From the IMG/VR virus record IMGVR_UViG_3300037743_000151, positions 1 to 64,000 of that record: DNA of 64,000 bases; one strand, 5' to 3'. This stretch comes from a virus. The translations under genes and the position numbers were made by a program. Below, in pieces: positions 16,671-25,001 of the stretch. Below the pieces are notes generated by a model. It saw nothing but the letters and a program-made list of their open reading frames with translations, searched no databases and was not told the DNA's origin. Within the stretch, counting starts at the first letter, position 1. Each line of letters opens with the position of its first letter.

Positions 16671-16940
16671 GTGCCCACCCCTGACGACGCCACCGTCGCC
16701 CGCATGTACGACGCCATCGAGTACGCCCGGTGGCAGGACCTAGCCGACGCCCTCAACGCGCTCACCGAATGGGGCGCCAACCCCCTATTGGCCCTCGCCG
16801 ACCGTCTCGGCGTGAACGGCATCACTGAGCTGGACCCGGCCGAGGACCACCACACGTACCGGCTGCGGTACCGGGCGCCATTCAGCGACGAGCGATCCGA
16901 CGGCCGTGGTGGCTGGGCTGTCGAGTCCCGCACCCCCTGA
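16671..16940 (+). CDS. hypothetical protein
   Basis: GTG 16671 after GGAGGA RBS in the 16506..16940 ORF; 89 aa. Confidence 0.5.
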   Translation: MPTPDDATVARMYDAIEYARWQDLADALNALTEWGANPLLALADRLGVNGITELDPAEDHHTYRLRYRAPFSDERSDGRGGWAVESRTP

Positions 16941-16995
16941 CCACCCGCCCCCTTGCCGGCCGTCTCGTGCGGCCGGCCCTACCCCTGGAGACCCC

Positions 16996-17973
16996 ATGAC
17001 CGACCAGACCCGGCACACCCCCGCCGAGGCCGTGCAGTACTGGTACGACGCCGCCGTCGAGCGGCTTGAGGAGCGCGACCGGCTGCGTGCCGTCGTCGCG
17101 CGGATCCGACAGATGGCCGACTACTGGGAGCAGCAACTCCCGGAGGTGATCCGGACTCCGGCTGTCGTGTCCGCGCTCCGTGCCGCGATGGAGCCTGTCG
17201 TCTCGTCTGTCGGGCAGGCGCCCGCCCCCGACCGCACGGCGCTTGTTGCCCTTGGCGCCGAAGCAATCCGTGCCGCCGCATGCCCTGGCTCAGACTGCCC
17301 TCACACGGAGGAGGAGTGCGCCGAGCAACGGATCCAGCCTGCGGCTTGGGAGCGGGGCGTGCTTTCCGAGGTGTACGGCCGCCCGGAGTGGTTTGCTGAC
17401 GCGGTGCTTGCGGTGCTGCCAGCACCCGCCGACCGGACGGCCGTGCTGCGGGAAGCCGCCGACGCTCTGGACGCGTACATCGACCGCTACCGCAGCCCCA
17501 GCATCGCCAACTGGACCGGCGCTGTGGCATTCCTGCGCCGCCTGGCCGACGCTGCCGTCGTGTCGGGTCGGACGGCCGACGAGACGGGGGACGACCTGAC
17601 GCCCGTCGGCGGCGCGAAGGGCAACCCGTTCGACTACCACCCCGAGGACGAGGCCGCAGTGCCGGACCAGACCAGCGAGGCGCCCCGTCGCGGCGACCAG
17701 TTCGAGGCGTGGCTGACGATGCAGCGCGACGAACACCGCGACGACGACCGCGGCCAGTGGACCACCCTCGACAACCTCCTCAACCTGTACCGCCTCCACG
17801 CCGACGCGTCTGCCGGTGGCGGGGCGCAGCAGCCGACCGAGGCCCGGACCGTCCTCCCCTGCAACTGGGCCCACACCCGGACCGAGCACAACTCGCACGA
17901 CTGGGCGCCGCAGCCCGGCATAGACCCGGTGCACTGCCCCGGGTTCGAGCAGCCGACCGAGGCCCGGCCGTGA
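16996..17973 (+). CDS. hypothetical protein
   Basis: ATG 16996 after GGAGA; 325 aa; no motif recognised. Confidence 0.6.
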   Translation: MTDQTRHTPAEAVQYWYDAAVERLEERDRLRAVVARIRQMADYWEQQLPEVIRTPAVVSALRAAMEPVVSSVGQAPAPDRTALVALGAEAIRAAACPGSDCPHTEEECAEQRIQPAAWERGVLSEVYGRPEWFADAVLAVLPAPADRTAVLREAADALDAYIDRYRSPSIANWTGAVAFLRRLADAAVVSGRTADETGDDLTPVGGAKGNPFDYHPEDEAAVPDQTSEAPRRGDQFEAWLTMQRDEHRDDDRGQWTTLDNLLNLYRLHADASAGGGAQQPTEARTVLPCNWAHTRTEHNSHDWAPQPGIDPVHCPGFEQPTEARP

Positions 17974-18860
17974 CGGAGGCGTGGGAGACCGGCGACCTCG
18001 TCATCACCGCGCTCCTCCTGTGGCTGGCCGCGGGCGCGTTCCTCGCCGGGATGCTGTGTGCGGCTGTCGGGAGCGGGGTGGTGTGGGCGTGGAGGCGGCT
18101 GTACGGCCGCTGGAGGCACGCGCAGGCGCGGGACGCACCGCCGGAGCCCCAGCCCCCTGACAGCCCCTCACAGGCCCGCCTAAGCCACTCGCCGGGGCTC
18201 GTACCACCCGAGCCCCGGACTTGGCACCACAAGCCGCCACACGGGTCGCCAGACCCCACGAAGGAGCAACACATGACCATCGCCATCGACTTCGACGGCG
18301 TCATCCACACCTACGACAAGGGCTGGCACGACGGCACCATCTACGGCGACTTCCTGCCCGACGCGATGCCCGCCATCGAGACGCTCATGGACCGCGATGC
18401 CGTGTTCATCCACACCACCCGCAACCCCCGCCAAGTCGCCCGCTGGATCGAGCGCACCTCCGGCCACAACATCGACTGCACCACCCACCTGCCCCGCACC
18501 TGGTACGGCCGCCGCAAACCGTTCTGGAACACGCGCGGCCTGCTCCTCGTCACCGACCGGAAACTGCCCGCGACCGTGTACATCGACGACCGGGCGCACC
18601 ACTTCGAGTCCTGGGCACAGACGTTGCCCGCGCTCGGCGTCCCGGACTACCGCAGCGAGCAGGGCGCCCCCGTCGACTGGCAGGCCATAGCAGGCGAGCG
18701 GGAGCAGCAGTTGAAGGCGGCGCTCACCGCCCAGCAGCGGGTGAAAGACGCTCTCAAAGTCATCCACGAGTGGCAGCGGGACGGCGAGTCGAACGACTAC
18801 ATGACCCGCGTGCACAAGGCCCTCAACCCGCCCGTGTCCGGCACCTCGCAGTCCGCCTGA
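17970..18860 (+). CDS. HAD-superfamily phosphatase/nucleotidase-like protein, possibly with N-terminal membrane anchor
   Basis: GTG 17970 (GTGA overlap) gives a TM helix plus Pro-rich linker. A strong internal start at ATG 18273 (GAAGGAG RBS) begins MTIAIDFDGVIH, which is the HAD DxDG motif. Confidence 0.55.
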   Translation: MTEAWETGDLVITALLLWLAAGAFLAGMLCAAVGSGVVWAWRRLYGRWRHAQARDAPPEPQPPDSPSQARLSHSPGLVPPEPRTWHHKPPHGSPDPTKEQHMTIAIDFDGVIHTYDKGWHDGTIYGDFLPDAMPAIETLMDRDAVFIHTTRNPRQVARWIERTSGHNIDCTTHLPRTWYGRRKPFWNTRGLLLVTDRKLPATVYIDDRAHHFESWAQTLPALGVPDYRSEQGAPVDWQAIAGEREQQLKAALTAQQRVKDALKVIHEWQRDGESNDYMTRVHKALNPPVSGTSQSA

Positions 18861-18872
18861 CCCCGCCGCGTC

Positions 18873-18896
18873 GGCCGCCCCCACCCCGGGGCGGCC
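18873..18896 (+). terminator. GC hairpin terminator
   Basis: GGCCGCCCC (18873-18881) pairs with GGGGCGGCC (18888-18896). Confidence 0.5.
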
Positions 18897-18916
18897 ACCA
18901 CCCCAAAGGACCCCAC

Positions 18917-19147
18917 GTGACCGACACCCCGACCCCCGCCATCGGCCAGATCTGGCAGGACAACGACCCCCGCGCCTACGGCCGCAAGCTCCGCATCATC
19001 GAAATCACCGACACCCACGCCCTCGTCGAACTCCACCAGCCGAGACTGCCCATCAGCAACGCCAAGCCCGGGCGCCGCACCCGCATCCGCCTCGACCGCT
19101 TCCGCCCCACCAGCACCGGCTACCGCTACATCGGGACCACCCCATGA
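18917..19147 (+). CDS. hypothetical protein
   Basis: GTG 18917 after AAAGGA; 76 aa. Confidence 0.5.
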   Translation: MTDTPTPAIGQIWQDNDPRAYGRKLRIIEITDTHALVELHQPRLPISNAKPGRRTRIRLDRFRPTSTGYRYIGTTP

Positions 19148-19245
19148 CCCTCGCCACCGCGCTCGGCCTCGCCTGCCCCGGCATCAGCCTTCTCGCCGCA
19201 CTCGCACTCGCCATACACGCCATCCGCAACCGGAGGAAACCATGA
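19144..19245 (+). CDS. tiny membrane protein (33 aa, below ORF-track cutoff)
   Basis: My own translation: MTLATALGLACPGISLLAALALAIHAIRNRRKP. ATGA overlaps at both ends. Confidence 0.3.
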   Translation: MTLATALGLACPGISLLAALALAIHAIRNRRKP

Positions 19246-19607
19246 CCGAACAGCCCTGCCCCTTCTGCGAGATCGTCGCCAGCCGCGCACCCGCCACCGT
19301 CGTGCACGAGTGGTCCGACGTCATCGCCATCGTCCCGCTCAACCCCGTCGTCGACGGCCACACCCTCATCATCCCGAAGCGCCACGTCCGCGACTTCGCC
19401 ACCGACCCCGAGGTGTCCGCCGACGCCATGCTGCACGCCGCCCAGCTCATGCGGTGGACCGACCGCCCCATGAACCTGATCACCAGTCGGGGGCGCGAGG
19501 CGACGCAGTCCGTGATGCATCTTCATCTGCACCTAGTTCCCCGCGCGGCCAACGACGGCCTGGCGCTGCCCTGGCACAGCGGCCGATCCAAGGCAGGCAC
19601 CCCGTGA
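19242..19607 (+). CDS. HIT-family (histidine triad) nucleotide hydrolase/transferase
   Basis: The N-terminal CPFC and the HLHLHLVPR histidine triad are unmistakable. Confidence 0.8.
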   Translation: MTEQPCPFCEIVASRAPATVVHEWSDVIAIVPLNPVVDGHTLIIPKRHVRDFATDPEVSADAMLHAAQLMRWTDRPMNLITSRGREATQSVMHLHLHLVPRAANDGLALPWHSGRSKAGTP

Positions 19608-19825
19608 CCGCCGCCCTGCTCGCCGTCCTCGCCCTGGCCGCCAGCTGGTACATCTGCCACCGCATCGGACGCCACCTCCAGCGTGCAGCCGTAACCGCCG
19701 AACGCCTGACCCGCCCAAGTTCCGACCCCGCACCCATACCCGACCGGGAGCAACTGGACGAGCAGGCCGCCATCGACGAGACGTTCGACGACATGATCAG
19801 CCGCTGGAACGAGGACGCCACATGA
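19604..19825 (+). CDS. small membrane protein
   Basis: GTG 19604 (GTGA overlap); N-terminal TM helix. Confidence 0.5.
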   Translation: MTAALLAVLALAASWYICHRIGRHLQRAAVTAERLTRPSSDPAPIPDREQLDEQAAIDETFDDMISRWNEDAT

Positions 19826-20025
19826 CCGACCTGTCGTCGTCTCCCCGCGGCGAGCACACGCCTTGGCCGGGCGTCACCTGGGACACCCGCATTGTTCGCA
19901 CCGAGCTGACGGTGGATGACGCGGAGGACACCTCCGGCCCCGACATGAATCAGCCACTCCCGCCCCGACCCAACCGGGCCACCCGCCGCGCACAAGCTCG
20001 CGCCAAACGGAAGAAGAACCGTTGA
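19822..20025 (+). CDS. hypothetical protein
   Basis: ATGA overlap; 67 aa; basic C-terminus. Confidence 0.45.
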   Translation: MTDLSSSPRGEHTPWPGVTWDTRIVRTELTVDDAEDTSGPDMNQPLPPRPNRATRRAQARAKRKKNR

Positions 20026-20150
20026 CCGACCGCACCCGCGAGCAGCCCGCGCCCGGCCCGGCTTGACGCCCATGCCACCATGGTCCTGCTGTCCGAGTCG
20101 CACAAGCTGGCGCGGCCCGGGGACGAATGCGGTACCGGTGATGCAACAGC

Positions 20151-20186
20151 GCGAAGGCCCCGTCGACTTTTCGGCGGGGCCTTCGC
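20151..20186. terminator. bidirectional hairpin terminator between convergent genes
   Basis: GCGAAGGCCCCG (20151-20162) pairs with CGGGGCCTTCGC (20175-20186); 12-nt loop. Confidence 0.6.
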
Positions 20187-20198
20187 TGCATTCCGGGG

Positions 20199-20645
20199 TC
20201 AGGGCCGCCACGACTCCAGGTAGCCGGGCCGGTCCGCGTAGGGCAGCGCGAGCAGGCGCAGCACGTAGTCGCCGTGGAACCGGCGCTTGTTTGCCTCCAG
20301 GTGCCGCGAGCACGAGTCGTACTCGTCGAAATCCTCGGGGCGTGCGCCCTCGTAATTGATGCAGGGCAGGCCGGGGTGCGGGTCAGCACCGGGCGGGAGG
20401 TAGGCGTCGAGCATCTGCCGTTTCGCGTCGATCTCCCGCAGCACCCGCGCCGGATCATGGCGGACGATGTGCTCAGCGACGCCAGCCCAGTTCGCGGAGG
20501 CACACTCCTCTGCGCGGTCACCTTCGGTAGCCACGATGACGCCGGTCTCGCCGATCTGCCGGAAGCTGTCGCCTGCTCTCCGCGCGATCCGCTCATCCTC
20601 ATCGAGGCAGGCCGTCAGCCACTGCACCAGATCCACGCCGCTCAC
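20199..20645 (-). CDS. DUF6221-like protein
   Basis: LDEDERIAR...HIVRHDPARVLREIDAKRQML...LALPYADRPGY matches the DUF6221 pattern common in Streptomyces (from memory). Confidence 0.65.
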   Translation of the reverse strand: MSGVDLVQWLTACLDEDERIARRAGDSFRQIGETGVIVATEGDRAEECASANWAGVAEHIVRHDPARVLREIDAKRQMLDAYLPPGADPHPGLPCINYEGARPEDFDEYDSCSRHLEANKRRFHGDYVLRLLALPYADRPGYLESWRP

Positions 20646-21187
20646 TCCTCAGCCTCCTCCCGGTCCGCCCACGCCAGCAGCACCGCCGCCAGATCGCGGG
20701 CGTACTGCGGGTCATCCACGACCCGGAGTCGGTTGAACCGGATCGACTGGCCGCGCCCCTGAACGATCACGTAGGCGTCGCCGCCGCTCGGGTAGTCGGC
20801 GATGCTCATGCGGGCGTACTGCCCCGCTTCGGTGCTCGCCAGAAGTGCGGCGAAATCCTGCCGGGTGTACTTCAACGGCACCCGCCAGTCGGCGTCGTTG
20901 ACGGACTCGTTCTCGTCTTGGGCGACGGCAGCCATGGACTCTCCTTGATCGGCTTCCGGGGTGAGGTCGGTCCGCTTGCCCTGCCGCTTCGGGTTGGCCT
21001 CGAACCACGCGGCCACCTCGTCGGCGCGGTAGCGGATTCTCGTGGAGCCCTCCGCCGGAACGGGCTGAGGGAAGGTGGCGCTGCGCCGGTACGTGTGCAC
21101 CGACGACCGGCTGACGCCGTGCTCCTCCGCGATCTGCCCGATGGTGATCAAGCGCGGACTCCCCTCGTGTTCAGGGCTTTTGGGCAC
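20642..21187 (-). CDS. HTH (excisionase/AlpA/MerR-like) DNA-binding protein
   Basis: ITIGQIAEEHGVSRSSVHTYRR...RYRADEVAAWFE is an HTH_17-like motif. GTG 21187 has a GGGAGG RBS 8 nt upstream; the ORF-track start at 21235 has no RBS. ATGA overlap with the downstream gene. Confidence 0.6.
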   Translation of the reverse strand: MPKSPEHEGSPRLITIGQIAEEHGVSRSSVHTYRRSATFPQPVPAEGSTRIRYRADEVAAWFEANPKRQGKRTDLTPEADQGESMAAVAQDENESVNDADWRVPLKYTRQDFAALLASTEAGQYARMSIADYPSGGDAYVIVQGRGQSIRFNRLRVVDDPQYARDLAAVLLAWADREEAEE

Positions 21188-21208
21188 GGCTACATCCTCC
21201 CTGAACAT

Positions 21209-21223
21209 CTGGACAATGTCCAG
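21209..21223. promoter_or_regulatory. 15-bp palindrome CTGGACAATGTCCAG
   Basis: Perfect 7+1+7 inverted repeat just upstream of the preferred start of the reverse HTH gene. Confidence 0.45.
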
Positions 21224-21258
21224 AAGTTCTGCCACTGTGGAACAGCACCAACGAGTAA

Positions 21259-21301
21259 GCCCCTCGGCCCACTACGGAGCAGCAACTCCGGGCCGAGGGG
21301 C
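21259..21301. other. 12-bp perfect inverted repeat with 19-nt spacer
   Basis: GCCCCTCGGCCC (21259-21270) and GGGCCGAGGGGC (21290-21301), in a roughly 300-bp divergent non-coding region. Confidence 0.5.
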
Positions 21302-21485
21302 GGACCCACCTCAACCTCTACGAAAAGGCAGGCCCTGACGTGGATCGTATCCACCAGCCCCAAGCCGAACCCACCCCCACGCACGAGCGTGCCGGGCACG
21401 ACCTTCCCCAACGCCTCCCCGTCCCCGCCCCCCGCCCGCACCCCGAGCCCGCCCAGCTCCCCCGCCGCGCCCCCGGGGACTCCCT

Positions 21486-21611
21486 GTGAGCGACATCGAC
21501 GCCGACATCGACGCCGCCTGGGCCCTCACCCAGCAACGCATCGCCGCAGCCGCAGCCGCCGCCGAGGCAGCCGCCCAGGCCGCACGCGCCGCCGAGGAGG
21601 CCACCCGATGA
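21486..21611 (+). CDS. small Ala-rich protein (41 aa)
   Basis: My own translation from GTG 21486. GC-rich third positions. Stop overlaps the next ATG (ATGA). Confidence 0.3.
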   Translation: MSDIDADIDAAWALTQQRIAAAAAAAEAAAQAARAAEEATR

Positions 21612-21712
21612 CCTGCTGCGGACGCCCCATGCAACAAGACGGCAACCAGTACGTCTGCCGCAAATGCGGCGCCTGGACCGACCCCGGCACACAAGCCGGA
21701 GGGCAGCACTGA
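21608..21712 (+). CDS. small zinc-ribbon protein (34 aa)
   Basis: MTCCGRPMQQDGNQYVCRKCGAW has paired Cys-Cys motifs. ATGA overlap. Confidence 0.35.
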   Translation: MTCCGRPMQQDGNQYVCRKCGAWTDPGTQAGGQH

Positions 21713-21903
21713 TGGGCTGGTTCAACCGCCGCGACCAAACAACCCGCGCCTACCCCGCCGCCGGCACCTCCGTCACCGGCGACAGCCGCCGCTTCCTTCG
21801 GGCCAAGACCGGCGGAGCCCGCCAAGCCGGACGGGGCGCCCAGGCATGGGAGGACGCCGACCGAGCCGACGAGCGCGCCCGCCGCGGCCGCTGGTCCCGC
21901 TAA
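21712..21903 (+). CDS. hypothetical protein
   Basis: ATG 21712 overlaps the upstream stop by 1 nt; 63 aa, basic. Confidence 0.4.
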   Translation: MGWFNRRDQTTRAYPAAGTSVTGDSRRFLRAKTGGARQAGRGAQAWEDADRADERARRGRWSR

Positions 21904-21914
21904 CCCACCAGACC

Positions 21915-21954
21915 GCCGGCCCAGCGCCTACAACCCCCAGAGCGCTGGGCCGGC
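21915..21954 (+). terminator. GC hairpin terminator (13-bp stem)
   Basis: GCCGGCCCAGCGC (21915-21927) pairs with GCGCTGGGCCGGC (21942-21954). Confidence 0.55.
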
Positions 21955-21982
21955 TTCCGCTCCAGAACAGGACCACACCGCC

Positions 21983-22141
21983 GTGACCCGCCGCCGCACC
22001 ACCACCCACCGCATCGGCCTACACAACCCGCTCGGACGCTTGGGCTTCACCGTGCTGGCGGCATTCGCACTCCTCAACGGACTCCTACTGCCCGGCCTCA
22101 TCTGCACCGCCATCGCCATCTACGCCTGGAGGAACCGGTGA
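21983..22141 (+). CDS. small membrane protein (52 aa)
   Basis: My own translation from GTG 21983. Basic N-terminus followed by two hydrophobic helices. GTGA overlap with the next gene. Confidence 0.35.
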   Translation: MTRRRTTTHRIGLHNPLGRLGFTVLAAFALLNGLLLPGLICTAIAIYAWRNR

Positions 22142-23205
22142 AGAAACTCACCGGAGGACAGCGCACCGTCCTCGCCCTCACCACGATCCCCATGATCGCG
22201 GTCGGGATCGGCGGGGCCATCGGCACCTACGCCAACGCCGCCTCCGTCCTCCACCGCAAAGAGACCGCCCTCGGCGTCGTCGCGGCCGGCGAAGGCGCCA
22301 CCCTCGTCGCCGCACTCGTCATGATCGTCGTGACGATGCTCGGGCAGAGCGCACCGGCCGTCGTGCGCGCAGCACTCTGGCTCCTCCCCGCCACCGCCTC
22401 CGTCATGGGCCTCGCCATCGCCCCCACCCTCCGCGAGGCCGTCGTCTTCGCCCTCACCCCCCTCGCCATGACCGCCAGCGCCGAGGGCGTTTCCTTCCTC
22501 GCCCGCCGGATCGTCGTGCACCGCACCGGCGTCGACATCGAGGCGCAGCAGCGGAACGCCTCCACGTTGCGGCAGATCGCCTACCACCGGGCGCGCGCCG
22601 AACGGCACCCGTGGAAGTGGGTACGCAGGCGGTCAACGCTGAAGGTGTGGCGGCTCCTCGGCCACGCGGGCGACGGTGACGCGCAGCTGGGCGCCGGGCT
22701 CATGGTGGTGCAGCGAGCCCGACTCACCGAGGGCGCCAGCGATGCGCTTGGTGAGCTCCTCAGCGGCAGCCCGGCTCAGCTTGAGCTCACCGCGGCTCAG
22801 CCCCCTGTGAGCCCTGAGCCTGAGCCCACCGACTTCAACGAAGTCGCCGAGACCGCGATCCACGTCGCCACGCCCGAGCCCCTCAGGGATCCGACACCGG
22901 TACCAGTCCTTGACACGGACGTCCTCCGCACCATCTCTGACCTGCCCGTCTCACGTGAGCCCGGCTTGAGCCAGGCTGAGCCAACCACCGTGAGCCGCGC
23001 TGAGCCGAGCCCCGAGCCCGCGCCTGAGCCAGAGATCAACGAGCAGGAACGCCAAGTCCTCGAACTCGCCAACCGGCTCAGAAACGGTGAGCCGCTCACC
23101 AAGACCACCGCCGCCCAGATCCTCGCCGTGAGCCCGGCCACCGCCGGCCGACGACTCAAGGAAGCCCGCGGCCGAATCAACGACGGAACGGGGCTGTACC
23201 TATGA
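22138..23205 (+). CDS. polytopic membrane protein with C-terminal HTH (DUF2637-like N-terminal domain)
   Basis: Four hydrophobic helices in the first 130 aa, a Pro/Glu-rich linker, and a C-terminal HTH-like segment (LTKTTAAQILAVSPATAGRRLKEAR). Confidence 0.65.
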   Translation: MKKLTGGQRTVLALTTIPMIAVGIGGAIGTYANAASVLHRKETALGVVAAGEGATLVAALVMIVVTMLGQSAPAVVRAALWLLPATASVMGLAIAPTLREAVVFALTPLAMTASAEGVSFLARRIVVHRTGVDIEAQQRNASTLRQIAYHRARAERHPWKWVRRRSTLKVWRLLGHAGDGDAQLGAGLMVVQRARLTEGASDALGELLSGSPAQLELTAAQPPVSPEPEPTDFNEVAETAIHVATPEPLRDPTPVPVLDTDVLRTISDLPVSREPGLSQAEPTTVSRAEPSPEPAPEPEINEQERQVLELANRLRNGEPLTKTTAAQILAVSPATAGRRLKEARGRINDGTGLYL

Positions 23206-23822
23206 GCCGCATCCCAGGCGCCGACGAGCTACGTGTGCGCGCCCTCCTCATCGCCCGCCAGGTCGGACCCGACGCCATCCCGCCGAAGCCCACGACGAGG
23301 CCGAAGGACTGGCTCGACGACATCATCACCACCGACATGGCACCCGCCGCCGAGAAGCCGGCGGAGCCCGAGCCGAAGGAGAAGCCCGCGCCGGCCGCGC
23401 CCGCGAAGGCAACCAAGCCGCGCCCCGCCAAGACCGCTACGAAGAAGAAGCCGAAGAAGGCCAAACGGCCCAAGCCCGGCACCCCCCGCGCGGCGTTCGA
23501 CGGCCGTCCGCCCGCACCCCGCCAGTCCCTCGCCGACGCCTGGGACCGGGTCCCGTACCGGCTGAAGTGGCTGGCCTACCACGCCTCCGCCGCCTATCTC
23601 GGCTGGTCAATAGGCCTGGTCGACTGGGCCACCTACGTCACCGCGTGGATCGCCACCACCGGGCTCGTTGGCCCGCAAGCCCTGTTCTGGTACTGCGCGG
23701 CCGGCGGGACCGTCCTCGTCTACCGGCGTACTCGCGGCTGGTGGACGCCCGCCGCGTGGCTTGCTGCCGTCCCTGTTACGTCCACTGTCGTCGGCGTGCT
23801 CCTGTACGCCCCGCACCCATAA
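23202..23822 (+). CDS. membrane protein with Lys/Pro/Ala-rich (histone-H1-like) cytoplasmic region
   Basis: ATGA overlap. KPAPAAPAKATKPRPAKTATKKKPKKAKRPKP is followed by 3-4 TM helices. Confidence 0.6.
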   Translation: MSRIPGADELRVRALLIARQVGPDAIPPKPTTRPKDWLDDIITTDMAPAAEKPAEPEPKEKPAPAAPAKATKPRPAKTATKKKPKKAKRPKPGTPRAAFDGRPPAPRQSLADAWDRVPYRLKWLAYHASAAYLGWSIGLVDWATYVTAWIATTGLVGPQALFWYCAAGGTVLVYRRTRGWWTPAAWLAAVPVTSTVVGVLLYAPHP

Positions 23823-23833
23823 AGGAACCTGTC

Positions 23834-24238
23834 GTGAACAGCGTGTTCGGCAACCTCGGCCCGGTCGGTCTCGCCCTCGTCCTGACGGTGCTGCTGGTGT
23901 TCGGCATCCCCGGCGGCGGGCAGTTGAAGCCGCTCGGCTGGTGGCCGACGCTGCTCCTGTCGATGCTCGCCGGGTCGGCGTACAAGGCGGCAGGCGGCCT
24001 ATTCAAGATCGTTCCGGATCTGGTTGGCAGCCTGATCGGCACCGTCAACAGTGTTCTGCCCGGCGCCACGATGCCCGCACTCGCCCTCGCGTTGGCGATC
24101 TTCATCCTGTTCAAGAAGCTGACCACCAAGCAGGTCGGCCTCCTCGGCATCGCCTTCTGGTACGTCGCTGCAGGCGCGGGCGGCACGTGGTCGTACCTGT
24201 CCGACTCGATCGCTCACCTCGGAACGAGCCTCGCGTGA
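23834..24238 (+). CDS. polytopic membrane protein
   Basis: GTG 23834 after AAAGGAA; 134 aa, almost entirely hydrophobic helices. Confidence 0.55.
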   Translation: MNSVFGNLGPVGLALVLTVLLVFGIPGGGQLKPLGWWPTLLLSMLAGSAYKAAGGLFKIVPDLVGSLIGTVNSVLPGATMPALALALAIFILFKKLTTKQVGLLGIAFWYVAAGAGGTWSYLSDSIAHLGTSLA

Positions 24239-24954
24239 GCTACTTCAACCTGCGCAAACGCGACACCGAGGCCGAGGTCGAGCCCGGCGGAGCCGAGGCG
24301 GAGGAGCCCGCGGAGACGCCGGAAGAGACCGCCGAGGAGCCGGAAGGGGAACCGGAAGGGGAGCAGCCCGCCAAGCAACACGGGCCGCTCCTCACCGGCA
24401 TCCTCGGCCCCGGACGGTGGATCGCCGCCCGCCTCGGATCTAGCTGGGCCCTCGGCGTGCACGTCGTGGCCGTGTGGGCGATCGGCTTCTACGGCGGGTG
24501 GATTGCGGCCGGCGTCATCCTCGGATGGCTGGCCGCGGTCCTCGTCTTCGTCCCGCGCGAGTTCAAGGATCGGGTCTCCGGGTGGATCGAACGGTGGATC
24601 AGCGGCCGCTCAGAGCCCGATGAGCAGCCCGAAGAGGAGCGCCCCGCAAGCGCCCCCGAAGAGGTCTACGCCGCCACCCTCCAATGGGTGCGCGGCCAGG
24701 TCGGCGACAGCAACGGAATCCACCTCTCCGACCTCCTGGCCCACGCCCACGCCCACAACCTGCACACCGACCTCGATGTGACCGCCTTCCGGGCAGTGCT
24801 GGAGAGGTGGGGATTCCCCATCCGCCAGCAGCTCAAAGTGGGTGGCAAAAACCGGCCCGGAATCCACCGCGACGACCTTCCGAAACAGCCCCTTCCGACC
24901 CCCTCCCCCGAGGAGACTGGTTCCGCAACTACCACCGCCGTCTACCCGATCTGA
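24235..24954 (+). CDS. membrane protein with acidic N-terminus and winged-helix-like C-terminus
   Basis: GTG 24235 (GTGA overlap). Glu/Pro-rich N-terminus, two TM helices, then a globular C-terminal domain. Confidence 0.6.
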   Translation: MSYFNLRKRDTEAEVEPGGAEAEEPAETPEETAEEPEGEPEGEQPAKQHGPLLTGILGPGRWIAARLGSSWALGVHVVAVWAIGFYGGWIAAGVILGWLAAVLVFVPREFKDRVSGWIERWISGRSEPDEQPEEERPASAPEEVYAATLQWVRGQVGDSNGIHLSDLLAHAHAHNLHTDLDVTAFRAVLERWGFPIRQQLKVGGKNRPGIHRDDLPKQPLPTPSPEETGSATTTAVYPI

Positions 24955-25001
24955 TCTGCGCAAATACCTTGTCGACTACCTGACTTACCTGGACGGTAAC
25001 C

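Noticed and set aside
22138-24954. Direct assignment of the membrane proteins as SpdA/SpdB-type spread proteins.
   Set aside because: The only similarities are architectural (small overlapping hydrophobic genes, DNA-binding tails). I recognised no Spd sequence motif and no TraB/FtsK-like translocase in the window, so this is kept as a hypothesis in the findings rather than an annotation.
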